Origin: Squalus acanthias
Lineage: Eukaryota
DNA length: 64,000 nt
Reading direction: 5' to 3'
Assembly: GCA_030390025.1 (NCBI GenBank)
Contig: JASTWF010000369.1
Location: forward strand, 186,001 to 250,000
The notes under the pieces are model-generated. The model was given only the letters and a program-made list of their open reading frames with translations, was not told the DNA's origin and searched no databases. How positions within the stretch are numbered: position 1 is the stretch's first letter; the number at the start of each line of letters is the position of its first letter. Positions 38,082-49,578 of the stretch are shown here, in pieces. A program made the position numbers and the translations under genes.

Positions 38082-38297
38082 ATGCATATACAGGTGGTGC
38101 GAGAGGCATCGGCCTTTTGCACCTGGAAGGTGTATACGCAGTGTAAGTTTAAAGGGAATGCTGCCTATGATTTGTCCAAGTTAGACAATGTGTTTTCTCT
38201 AGGAAATGAGGACTGCATGGAGGCCATAGATAGTTTTAATTACCGTGAGTGTTTGGATGTGGAGAATTGGGATAATTTTGCTCACCAGCATTTTTAA
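38082..38297 (+). CDS. Putative 71-aa accessory ORF or terminal exon between env and PPT
   Basis: MHIQVVREASA...NAAY...FSLGNED...DSF...LDVENWDNFAHQHF; recognisable at protein level in provirus 2 (40255-40450). Confidence 0.45.
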   Translation: MHIQVVREASAFCTWKVYTQCKFKGNAAYDLSKLDNVFSLGNEDCMEAIDSFNYRECLDVENWDNFAHQHF

Positions 38298-38328
38298 TTG
38301 ATACGATAAGTGGAGTTATTCGCATCAG

Positions 38329-38338
38329 CAGGAGGGAC
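38329..38338 (+). promoter_or_regulatory. Polypurine tract of provirus 1
   Basis: CAGGAGGGAC immediately before the TGTAG LTR start; identical 10-mer in provirus 2. Confidence 0.8.
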
Positions 38339-38593
38339 TGTAGAGTTTCGCAATTATCGCGATTCAAAATAACATGAGAGAAGCAGAATCATTTGATCGG
38401 TTTTATTTACCAAATGCTGTCCTTATAATAAAGGACACAGAAGCGTGTAAAATGGCCGCCGCGCATCGTGGCAGAAGCTTCCAGAAACAAAGTGGGCAGA
38501 CAAGATGGCGTCGAATATACATTCAGTATAAGATTGGATCATACTCGGTAAACATTGATAAAGACAGGGTGCAACCCGTTTGCATTGTGAACA
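38339..38593 (+). repeat. Provirus 1 3' LTR, first part
   Basis: Starts TGTAGAG after the PPT; matches 27320-27580; ends in TSD AACA (38590-38593). Confidence 0.92.
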
Positions 38594-40217
38594 TGTAAGG
38601 GGTTCGGGTGGCTCTGTGATTAGCCTGGGTGCTAGTGCGGGGTTAGGCCTTGTTGCCTGTCCTGGTCTCCAGCCAGCCTGGTAACACTAGACACCAGTGA
38701 GTGGTTCGACCCACTCGCCCATACGGTTCTGACACTGGACTTAGGTGCGAGAGCAATAATGCAGAGAAAACTGAGGTAGACCCGGTTGAATAGTACGAAA
38801 TGGAAAATCTTTATTGCATGTTGTTCAAGATTACGAAATACATGTCATAAGCACAGATTAATGACAGTACAAACTTACATACATTTATGAAACTAGGTTA
38901 AGGGAAACAAGGAGCGCACGACACATCGTAAAAAGGGACACACATTATAATTATCCTTAAAACGAAAACCCCTCCCCTATTAATACCTGTCCTAATCTAG
39001 ATCTGTAGGATCGAGAATCATGCTCACCACTCGTGATAACTCGGAGGATTCTAAAACGATGCTCGGATGTTTTCGCCACAGCACCTGACTATTCACATGT
39101 TGATCAGGGGTCTCTGTACCCCACTTGTTTACTCGCTTATGCTCCGGCTAGCAGGCTGGACCGTCTGCTGCCATGGAGATCTGCGTTGACCTCGGACTCC
39201 TGATAAAATTCAAAGAAGAGTCTTCCTGTGCCCGACACCGGTTACCGGTAGAATTCGAAGAAAAGTCTTCTGGTGCCAGTTGTGGAGTAGCCGATAAAAT
39301 TCAAAGAAGTGATTAATCGATTTTCGGGCGCGGTCGGGGCTTACTGACCGCGGCAGCACGTGAAGTCATCTTCTTCTCATCTCATCTCATCTCCTCTCGG
39401 GCCTTCGGATCCAACACCGTTTACCGACCTCTCGGGATGGTGCACCCGTTTGCAGGCCTTCACAGACCAACTCTCCACAGATCTTCATGGCAAGCCACGA
39501 GGTTGACTTCCGGAAAATCAGCGGATCAGAGAATAAGAGTCAAGAGTCGTCAGGGATAAGAGGAAAATGAGCAAGATGGACGTTTGGACACTACAGTTAT
39601 AGTACTGTAATTCCTTATCTCCCGCCCAATCTTAATGTTCATCTTTTGTCATGTTTTGGTGCTCAAACTTCTTGTATGGGGTGGTTCTTGTCGTTAATGG
39701 GTATCGGTGATACTTGTAACTGTCTAAGTACCCGTTAATATTTCTCCCATTGTGGAACCGGCTAGGGAGTCTCCCTGGAGGGGTTTTGGGGGCCTCCGAA
39801 TTCTTGCTGTGAGTACCCGCGAACGGCTCTCTCATCGTAGAGCCACGGGGAATTTGCGTATCAATGTCTTTGGATGGGCCCTTGATTGCCCAATACAATA
39901 GCTCTCGTCTGTGCATGGACAAACCGATTCCAGCACTTATATTTCTTGCTTAGGTGTTAAAAATGCAAAACGATCGCGTCTTGTCTTATATCAATATGCT
40001 GAGTGCTGTCCAATCTTGCTGAAATGTTTATTGAAACGCCATCTTGTCTGCCCACTGAAAGTCTAGAACCTTCTGCCACAAGGCGCGGCGGCCATTTTAC
40101 AGGCTTCTTGTATCCGTTTTGAAACCTGACAGCATTTTGCTGAAATAAAGCTGTTTATACGAAACTGTATGTCTCTATCTCGTTATTACGAAATCGCGAT
40201 AATTTGCGAATTCTACA
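38594..40217 (-). repeat. Provirus 2 3' LTR (1624 bp)
   Basis: Direct repeat of 49579-51198 (6 mismatches in the first ~227 bp compared by eye); AATAAA on minus at 38810-38815; PPT at 40218-40227. Confidence 0.95.
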
Positions 40218-40642
40218 GTCCCTCCTGTTGATGCATATAACTCCGCTTATCGTATCAAAAGTGGTGGTGAGCAACATTATCTCGATTCTCCATATCCAAA
40301 TATTCCCATAACTTAAAACTATCTAGGGTCTCTGTGTCGTCCTTATTTCCCAGGGAAAAATTACATTTTATAAAACCGTAGGCAGCATTTGCCTTTAACT
40401 TACACCGCGGTGTAACAGGCCGATGCCTCTCGCACCACCTGCATAAGCATATTTTTTATTATTCAAGGAAAAGAAAACCAAACAACCAAACAACCATTTT
40501 AACAACACAAAATCAAAAATAATCAAAACAACTCTTAAAATACAGAGTTCCAAACTTAGTTACAGGTTCTAAGAAAAATAACAATCAATTAAACAATTTC
40601 GAGACACAAATGGAAAAACTGGAGTGGCGCCACTCTGGCCGT

Positions 40643-42994
40643 TTACGCGGTGCTTTCTTCGTGCATGAGCACGTAACGCTCTCGCCACTCTCCTGTGTTT
40701 TCCTGTTTGGTGAGGTGCTTGCCCCTCTTGCAATGCACGACCAACAGGTATACAACAATTATGACCTGGCATACAACTAAAATTTGGGAGGCTATTCTAA
40801 TCCAGGAAGGCACTTCAATGTTGGTGAACAGATCCCACCACGGTGGGATTACTATGTCTAGGATCTCTGACCCTATCTCGACAGTCTTTTGCTCAAGGGT
40901 ATAAAAATGTTTCTGCGAAACCGCAATGGCTTTAAAAAGTTTGGTGAGGTGTTCAGGGAGAGGGGGAATGAGGTATCCGAAATGCGCGACGAATCGCTGC
41001 AAGTCGGTAAAATTCTCCTTTACTGTTAGATGAACAGTGGATGGTTCAGGGATCGGGACAATTCGCTGCTGTGCCACTTGAACTTCAGCCCTGGGTTTAA
41101 AACAGAAACTGCTGTCACTCACCGGACACCGGCTACGGTTTCCATGCTGGTAGTGTTGCGCTGAAGTGGTAATGCAATATGTTCCACCCCCTATGTATGC
41201 CACCTGCGGATGCACATGATCTTGTGCCATTGCCTCCATGGTGCAATTCATGGGCTTGGCGCCAGCCGTTCTGAACCCGCACTGTGGTGATAAAAAGGCA
41301 TTGAAGTGCTGGGGACACAGGATTATGTGTGCACCCCTGCCACGACAACCAGAGAGATCTGTACCTGTCATCGTTTGCTCCCAGGGGATCACATAAGGTG
41401 GGACCGCTGCATAGCGAATGTGGCATCCCCCCTGAATGACACCAATGTTCTCTACCCGATACACCGGGGCGGGCTTTGCTGTGTCGCCCAAAGCCGGCAT
41501 ACGTAAAACTATACCCATAATGGTATGGTTTGATCGTCCGCAGTCCACGGGGACTGGGTATGCTTCTGAAGCTAGCCTGAGCTGGCACGGGCTTAATGCG
41601 TTCTGAAAAGGGTGGAGCGCCTGCAGGTGTTTGTTACTTATCCAGGACGGGACCAAACCTTGTTTTAAATCCTCCAAATTACTGCGGCCCTCGCCCAGTA
41701 ACCACGCCCCGTAAAGCACGCACACCTCATTCTGCGCAGCCTGATCGGACGCATTCCGATCTTCCCTGATCAGGGCATTTACTGTATGCGCATGTTTCTC
41801 CAGTTCAGCTATAATTTCTTTTAAGTGGAGCGTCATGGCCTGGTCTTCATGTAACCCGGACCCTACCACCTTATTTTCGTCTGTGAGGATATTCTTTAAT
41901 TGGGTTTTTAAACCATTAATCTGGGTCTGCAACTCCACGTTATCTAGAGTGTTGACCACAGACGTCCCTGTATTGAACGCAGTGAACATGTCGTTCACAA
42001 CACCCCTTCTTTGTCTCCCCACCTGGCCCAAAACTTCATGTGGTGCGGTGTACAACCTTGTTTTATCAATCTCCACAAAATCGAATTCATAAAATTGTCT
42101 AAACATATTGGTCAACAGGACCTGGTACAATTGTTCCATCTCATTGGGGCACCACTTTGGCAACCGCACCTCGGTGAGGTTTAAAATCACCGAGGCCACC
42201 GCGTAATGTACCCCCTGAAATAGTATCTGGTCTGTAGGGACCAGTACCAAACCATTCCCGGGTCCCTTACTGGTTTTAGGGCACCCTATTTCCTGAGCTA
42301 AAACCACCGGAATCGTGGGCGGGGCCTTGCGTGGGCGCGTAATGAGTTCAGTGGCGTTTACCGGGATCGGAGAGTATGGTGCTCCGCACCCCCTGGTGCT
42401 AGCATCCCACCTCATCCTTTTCCCATAATCTTGCCACTGATTCACGAAAAATATGGAGATGCCTTTGGGGCAAACGTGCTTTGACCCCCACATGCATACA
42501 TAAATTCCCTCATCCGGTTCCCACCATTTGTCCCAACAGACTTTCAATTGTCCGTTAGTCCCCGTAATTGTCCGATGGGTATTATTACCCAGTCGCTCCC
42601 ACTCGACCGAAGAATTCCTCATATTTCTGCTCAGCTTTCGTATCCACCACCATCGGCTCAATGGGACATTCCCATTACAAGTCAAACAAATCCGTTTGCC
42701 GACGGTGACGCTGACTCTAGGTGAGATGATCCTCACTTTGGGGCACATTAATGAAGTCTCCTTGTAGGCAAAACCCGTTGTGCTGGAGTATTCAGTTGAA
42801 TTCGTTCCCAGCCATCCTGGCCACCTTGCTTTGTGGAAATAAGTGGCGGTCTCCTCAGCCTCTCGCCTCCCGGTCCCATCCACCGCGATGGGGGCCGTGT
42901 CCCCGGAGCATCCAAACACCACGACATCTTTGGTGCGGCCTCGATAGGCCAGTCCACATCTGATTACCGCGAGCACTTCCAGAATTCGTTCCAT
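40643..42994 (-). CDS. env: Provirus 2 env: 783-aa type I glycoprotein, Ig-like domain plus F-like class I fusion protein
   Basis: N-terminal hydrophobic signal; C106, W115-117, DEGIYVC161-167; furin site RQRR327-330; fusion-peptide-like GVVNDMFTAFNTG; heptad repeat; Cys-rich region; second heptad; PPWWDLF; TM; basic tail. No internal stop. Confidence 0.92.
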   Translation of the reverse strand: MERILEVLAVIRCGLAYRGRTKDVVVFGCSGDTAPIAVDGTGRREAEETATYFHKARWPGWLGTNSTEYSSTTGFAYKETSLMCPKVRIISPRVSVTVGKRICLTCNGNVPLSRWWWIRKLSRNMRNSSVEWERLGNNTHRTITGTNGQLKVCWDKWWEPDEGIYVCMWGSKHVCPKGISIFFVNQWQDYGKRMRWDASTRGCGAPYSPIPVNATELITRPRKAPPTIPVVLAQEIGCPKTSKGPGNGLVLVPTDQILFQGVHYAVASVILNLTEVRLPKWCPNEMEQLYQVLLTNMFRQFYEFDFVEIDKTRLYTAPHEVLGQVGRQRRGVVNDMFTAFNTGTSVVNTLDNVELQTQINGLKTQLKNILTDENKVVGSGLHEDQAMTLHLKEIIAELEKHAHTVNALIREDRNASDQAAQNEVCVLYGAWLLGEGRSNLEDLKQGLVPSWISNKHLQALHPFQNALSPCQLRLASEAYPVPVDCGRSNHTIMGIVLRMPALGDTAKPAPVYRVENIGVIQGGCHIRYAAVPPYVIPWEQTMTGTDLSGCRGRGAHIILCPQHFNAFLSPQCGFRTAGAKPMNCTMEAMAQDHVHPQVAYIGGGTYCITTSAQHYQHGNRSRCPVSDSSFCFKPRAEVQVAQQRIVPIPEPSTVHLTVKENFTDLQRFVAHFGYLIPPLPEHLTKLFKAIAVSQKHFYTLEQKTVEIGSEILDIVIPPWWDLFTNIEVPSWIRIASQILVVCQVIIVVYLLVVHCKRGKHLTKQENTGEWRERYVLMHEESTA

Positions 42995-43272
42995 CCTTCC
43001 TTGGTTCCTGTGATCAGATAAAATGATGTAGCCAGCCTCCCAAGAGTCTCTGGCTTTTGGTGAAGGGTGAGCGGGTCCCCTGACCTCGCCTCACGTAAAA
43101 AGACATGTGCACTGGATAGATCTTGAACTAAACCTAATCTAAACTCCCATCATTTATCTTTTACTTATCAAAATGAAACTATAAAACTTACCAAACTTAC
43201 AAACTATAAAACTTATAACTTATAACTTATCTTATAAACTGTACAGTGCCGCCCGTTCCCAGGGCGGCCTAC

Positions 43273-46200
43273 TCAAATTCTGTGAAGGCGGTCACAAGCT
43301 TTTCCCAACAGTGGGAGGGCGCTGACCCCTCCCTTTGATCTGCCGCAGCCTGTTGCTGCTGCGCTGTGACGGGGCTCTCCCTGGGCTGCCTTAGCCTTGA
43401 ACCTACGCCTGGGGACATACGGGGCACTTGACCATACCTTCCTGGGCTGGGGTGTCCGACTTGACCTACGGGGGCCTACCGGGGGCAAGAACTCCAGGAC
43501 CGACGGACCGGGTTTCGAGACTTCCACCGTTGCGACCTGTGGTCCCACCACAGCCGCTGGCTCCACCTCCCCTGGCTCCGCCTCCCTGAACTCGGGATCT
43601 GCAGTCTCTGGCACCGCCCTACTTGGCCCAGTAGGCGTCCCTTCTTTCGCAGTCCCTATCTCCCCCGAGGGCAAGACTTCCAAGGCGGACGGACTGGGTT
43701 CTGAGACTTCCATCGCCACGTCCTGTGGTCCCACCACAGCCGCTGGCTCCGCCTCCCCTAGCTCCGCCCCCCTAAGTTCGGGACCTGCAGCTTCTGCTTC
43801 CACCCTGTGTGGACCTCCATCTGCAGTCCCTATCTTCCCTTTACTTGAATCGGGGGCGACCATTACGTCCTCCAATTCCAGCTCCTCTTCGCTCGGGTCA
43901 CTATCTTGGTCGAGCTCCTCGAACTCTTCCTCATCTGACTCCCAACCCCAATAAAGGATCCTACATTTTGCTAGGATGTCCTCTCCCCTGATGCAAGCTG
44001 CTTTGCCAGCCTGTGTGCCCTGCGGTCCTACCCGGGGCTGCGAGTCCCCACTCGCAGGTTTGGCCCCTGTGGTTGGCCCTTGTGCACCCAGCTTATACAG
44101 TTTGCACTGATTTACGTGGAACCACTTAGTGCACCGAGGTACCATTACGGCGTATACCATGGGACTCGCCTTATCTACAATGCTGTAGGGTCCCATATAC
44201 AGTGGTTCCAGACTCCCTACTCGGGCATAGTTTCTGACCATGACTTGGTCTCCTATTTCCCACTCCTGTTTCTTGCGTGGTTCCAGCAACAGGCGATTGC
44301 CCTGATGCTGCCTTCCCATGTTCCCAGCCGTCTGCTCATAAACCTGCTTCAGGCACTCCAAGAGGGTCTGGACGAACTTGTCCTTGCTTACCTCTTGGAG
44401 CTGACCCTCAGTGAGCACCGGCGCTAGCACATGGGTGGGGGTTCGCATGATCCTCCCAGTCATCACCTCGTGCGGGGAATACCCGGTACTTTTCGACTAA
44501 CTGGCCTGGATCCCCATGAGGACTAGAGGCAGAACCTCCGCCCATTTTTGGGGCGAGTTCATAGTCTCTTTCCTCAATTTCTCCTTCAGGGTCCTGTTCA
44601 TGCGTTCAACAATCCCGGATGACTGTGGATTGTGCGCTACGTGCCACTACCCTTCAATGCCCAAAAGCATGAGGGTGTTCTGCATCACCTGGCCGGTGAA
44701 ATGACTCCCTTGGTCTGACTCCACAAAGCGGGGGAGTCCCCACCGCGAGAACACTTCCCGGACCAAGATTTTTGCAGTACCCAGCGCCGTAGCTGTTCTA
44801 CAGGGGAAGGCTTCCACCCATTTGGAAAACACATCCACCAAGACGAGGCAGTATTTGTAGCCTCCCTGGGTGGTGGGCAGGGGCCCTATGTAATCGATCT
44901 GTATCGACTGCCATGGTCCCTCCACCCTCCTGATGTGCCCCATGTGCACTTTCCTTTTCTGGGGGTCTGGGTTGTTTGCAGCGCACACAAGACAGCTTGC
45001 ACAGAACTCGCGGACCTGCTCCCTGAGTCCCAGCCACCATCCCGCCTGCTCTACCCGTTGCCAGGTAACCTCGGGCCCGTGGTGCCCTGCCCCCAGCCAC
45101 TCATGAGCCAACTGGAGGAATTCCCTCCTGTGCTGCTGCGGCACAACCCACTGCTCCTCGCGGAACAGCATGCCTTCTTTAACGGAGAGGGTTGCCGTAC
45201 TGTACAGACCCTCTACCTGCTTGCCCTCAGCAATGGTTCTGAGAACTGCTTTTAGGGCGGGATCCTGGTTCTGGACGGTCTTAAGGTCTAGGGGCAGTGC
45301 TACCCTGGTGTTCCCGGGATTCCCGTCTCTACCTTGGATCTCTGCCACGGGTCCGGGCCCATAGTGGTCCCAGAAAATGCCGTTACGGGCACCCTCCCTG
45401 GCTAGCGCATCCGCCTGCTGGTTGCCCTCCCCACGGGGCTCTGTGGAGGAGTGAGCCTTCACCTTATGGATGAAAATCTCCCCTTCCTCCCCTACTGATT
45501 CTAGGATCTTTTCCAGCAAGGGCTTCAACGTTAAAGGTCGCCCGTCCGCGGTTTTGTATCCACGGCGGGACCAAATGGCCAGGTATTCCGTGCACGAATT
45601 GCATGTGAACATAATGTCCGAGCAAATCGTGTATGGGGTTGGGAAAGCTTCTGGGTGAGTAATGACATACGCCACCGCAGACATCTCAGCTTGCTGCGCG
45701 CTCATGGTGCTGGCGACCTTCATCGCCAGGGCAAGGTTTGCCGCAGGGTCATAAACTCCACACCCAGTGAGTCATTCGCCAGCGGACACTGTGCTGGACA
45801 CATCAACATAAATTTCGCGCCCTGTGGGATGTATACCGGCCGCAAACCTATGTTGACTACCCACACCCCTTCCACCGAACACTGGTGGGTTGTACCGGGG
45901 TATACCAAGTTGGCCACAAGCCTGGGCTCGCAAAGACCTTTAACTCTAAGATCCATCTTGGAAAGGAGAAGGGTCCAGCGTAAAATTCGAGCGCTGCTTA
46001 CGGTCCCATCCTTAATCCTCCCATCTAGAAGCATCTTAGTTGGTGTGTGATGGGTGAGGAGACTGATGGGAGAGAGCCCTGTGAAGATCGCTGATCTTTT
46101 CTCAGCCCAATGCGTGGCTAAATGGTGCCTTTCACAATTGGAGAAACTCCTCTGCATATCCATTAACACCCTGGGCGAATAGACAACCGGCCTCAGCTTG

Positions 46201-47753
46201 CCGTGACGCTCTTGGAGCAGCACAGTGCTCAAGCTGTCTCCGCTGGCAGCTACCTCCAGGAAAAACTCCTTCCCCCCATCTATGGCCCCTAAAGCTGGCG
46301 CGGTCTGCAAATTCCATTTTAACTTCTCAAAGGCTGCCTGGCAGCCCTCGTCCCAAGACCACTCCACTCCCTTATGGAGGAGTCGGAGCAGCGGCGCTGC
46401 TGTGGCCGCATAGTCTTCGATAAAATCTCTGCAGTAACCGGTTAGTCCCAAAAAGGACCTCACACCCCTTATGGTGTTGGGAATCGGTAACTCCTGCACC
46501 GACTCCCTCCTAGCCTTATCTATGGCTCTTTCCCCAGCGCGATTGGTCAGCCCCAGGAATTTTACTTCCTGCTGACCGATACGTGCTTTCTTAGGGTTTA
46601 CTTTAAAACCCTTTCTCGCTAGCAGCTCCAATAACTCGGCCAGTAGTGGTCCATGCTCCTCCCTTGAGTCCGTAAATACGAGCAAATCATCCACTATCTG
46701 ATTGGGCTGACTAAACTCCTTTAAACTTCCTGCCATACACTGATGGAAAATACTGGGGCTGTTGTGGAAACCCTGTGGCAAACAGTTCCACGTGTACTGT
46801 TGTCCTTTGAAAGTAAAGGCAAACTTGTACTGGTCCTCTCGCCGCAGCGGGATGGACCAAAAACCGTTCGAGATATCCAGCACCGTGAACGTGGTCGTGG
46901 ACGCTGGGATACTCCCTATTAGGTCAGCAACTGCTGCTACCGTGGGCGCGCAGGCGGGGATGTTACTATTGAGGACTCTGTAGTCCACCGTGGCCCTCCA
47001 CGAATTATCCGGCTTCCTAACCGGCCATAATGGGGAGTTCACGTGTGTGGCTATCGGCCTCAACACGCCCTGCTGCACCAAGGAGGACATTGCTGTCTCC
47101 ATATCGGGTTCTGCTTCTTTGGAGAAGTTATACTGCTTTTGGGGCCGGGTCATGGGGTCCCCGTCTACGCTGACCTCAAACCCGGTAACCCTCCCACAAT
47201 CGTGCTTGTGGGTTGCAAACGCGTGCATATTATCTGACACGTACGTCTGCATGTCCGTTGGGACATCCGCGACCATAAGCCCGAGGTCGTAGCCTCCGGA
47301 TGGCTTCATGGTACACAGGGCCCCTTTACCTTCCTCCCCCGGGATTACCACTACCTTGCCCTTTCCACCCTTGTATCCCCAGAGACAGTGATTCCTAAGG
47401 TCCACGAGGATCCCGTGCTCCGATAGGAGATCTGATCCGAGGATGCCTCTCCCACCCCCCTCTTGCCATTTCATCAGTATGCACTTCCACGTGGTGTGGA
47501 GTGCTCCTAAATGAATGGAGAGCGGAATGGAGAACGCGCCAGCCTACTCTTTTCCCGTGAACCCCGCTAATGTGTATGGGACCTTGGTAGACAGTGGTGA
47601 GTCAAAGGGGCTATCCATATGAATCACGGTGCATGAAGCTCCCGTGGCCAACAAATAACTACCCTTCTGCTTCTCTACCTCCATCTCCACCAGGGGTCGC
47701 TTCCACGCATCATAGCTGAGCGGACACAGGTAGATGGGCTGTGCGGGCTCTAG
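43273..47753 (-). pseudogene. pol: Provirus 2 pro-pol, disrupted
   Basis: LLATGAS (catalytic D lost); RT with 9-nt deletion (NQIVDDLL); degenerate RH; IYVD.SS...SAQQAE...ICSD...HKVKAH...GNQQADALA RNase H; IN; GPY domain; stops near 47544, 45773, 44647, 44498. Confidence 0.92.
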
Positions 47754-49516
47754 TCATTGGGTACCGGCGGACGGGGCTGCGGCATCTGTGGGGCTGGTAA
47801 CGACTGCCACCCTCCCTTGCGAAATCATGAGGGTCCGCTTGGCTCCCAGCATTGATTCTATCGCATCGAGATGGATATGCACACCAGCTCCCTTATCGGA
47901 GGCAGGCGCCTGGGCTCGGGCTGCGGGATTTTTATCCCTGGACTCCTTCCAAGGTTTCCTGCAGTTCTTGCGCCAGTGCCCTGTCTTTCCGCACCCGAAA
48001 CAAGCATTACTGGCTTGTGGGACGCGATTTCCCTCCTGATGCCACTCCTTTTGAGCCGGGGCTGCGGACCGTGCCTCATGCACCTTTCCCTTAAGGGGAC
48101 GCGCTCCCGTACTCCTATTATTATGGTACCCTACCGTTAGTTGCTTTAAGACCGACTCCTCAGTGGTGATGGGGTTAGTGGGGTCAAACCACACTTTGGC
48201 CTGCTCCCTGACGGCTGGCAAGCTGTTGGCTACTGCACATCTGAGCCAGTGGGCTAAACCGACACCGTCTATGCGGTGACGCACTGGCGTGCCTGGGCAG
48301 CTGCGCCGATATACCGGCCACAGCCTGTCGGCGGAAACCTTTGGGGGTTCTCCCTCCATCTGCATAGTCTGTCCCAATCTAACAAACGGACCTTCGTCGT
48401 CCGCCCCCAACACTTCCAGGACCTCCTCTCTTAACTCCTCATAGGTCCTATTACCCCTTTTACTCGCGTCTAAGAGACACTGGAGGATCGAGCTGTCTAA
48501 GGAGAACAGCAGCATTTTAGCCCTTTCCCCATCGACGCAGCCGTTAATGGCTGCGGACTGCTCTACCTCCTTGAAATGTACGGAAGGGTCGTCTGATTCG
48601 GACAGCTCCGTATGTGACTGATCATAGCCCTCAGCTGGTGTGAGCTGTGAGGCACCACAAGCTGGTTGAGGAGATTCCCCGCTTCCCCATTTTCTCCGTC
48701 CGGGCCCCTCTTGTGGCCCGTGACCGGACACAACGGTCCCGGCTTCACTACTACCTCAGGGGACTGTACTACCTCGGGGACCTCTGCCTCTACCTCTACC
48801 ACTTCCTCCCTTACCCAGGTTGCCGAATAGCTGGGTGGCGCGGAGGGCACAGTGGCAAATACCTCCTCTGCTTTGTTAGGTAGGGATTTTTGGAATTCCC
48901 CACCCACCGGCGGCTGGTGTGCTGACGGGCTGATAAGGCACACCATGCCGTGCGCTTTATTCAGGGCCTCTTTAAGGTTCCATATCTCTCTCTGGCAGAC
49001 GCTGTGGTCGGCCCCCTCATGCTTATCCTCGAGGGCCATCTTATATGCCGCCCTAACTCCCTTTAAGCTCTCTTCCTGGGCTTTTATTTGAGCAGCTAGG
49101 CGGGCACATCGTTCCCTGATTCTGCCCTCATTTAATTTTGCCTCAGTGACCTGGCACTCGAGATAAACTATTTTCGCCTCATGGTGGTTGGCGACTAACT
49201 GGCGTTCCTGATGCAACGCATTTAAGGACGCGATGAGCTGCTGCCCCCCCGTGACCTTTTCTTCCATCTCCACCTCCAAACCCTTGATCTGAGCTGCCTG
49301 TGCTACGATGACCTGGTCCTAAATCTGGACTTGCCTTTTATAACACATCAGCCAAACCGCTTTCTCTACCGTTTTTTTGTGTTCTTTGCTACCTGTCCAC
49401 CTGATGGCTGCGTCTAGCGGACGCTTATCCACCAGCAGGTCGCTTATCCATCTCTTAGTCAAATTAACCTTCCCTAAAACATAATCGGCTAATCTCTTCC
49501 ATAACATTTCGCCCAT
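47754..49516 (-). pseudogene. gag: Provirus 2 gag, disrupted
   Basis: ORFs 49319-49516, 48563-49279, 47754-48731; coiled coil; CFGCGKTGHWRKNC; ends GTQ-TGA. Confidence 0.88.
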
Positions 49517-49555
49517 TCATACCAGGGTCTAACACATTACTTTCTCGCTGCCAGT

Positions 49556-49573
49556 GTCCCTTCGTGGTCGCCA
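49556..49573 (-). promoter_or_regulatory. Primer binding site of provirus 2 (tRNA-Arg-like)
   Basis: TGGCGACCACGAAGGGAC, 5 nt (GGAAA) after the LTR terminal CA. Confidence 0.8.
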
Positions 49574-49578
49574 TTTCC

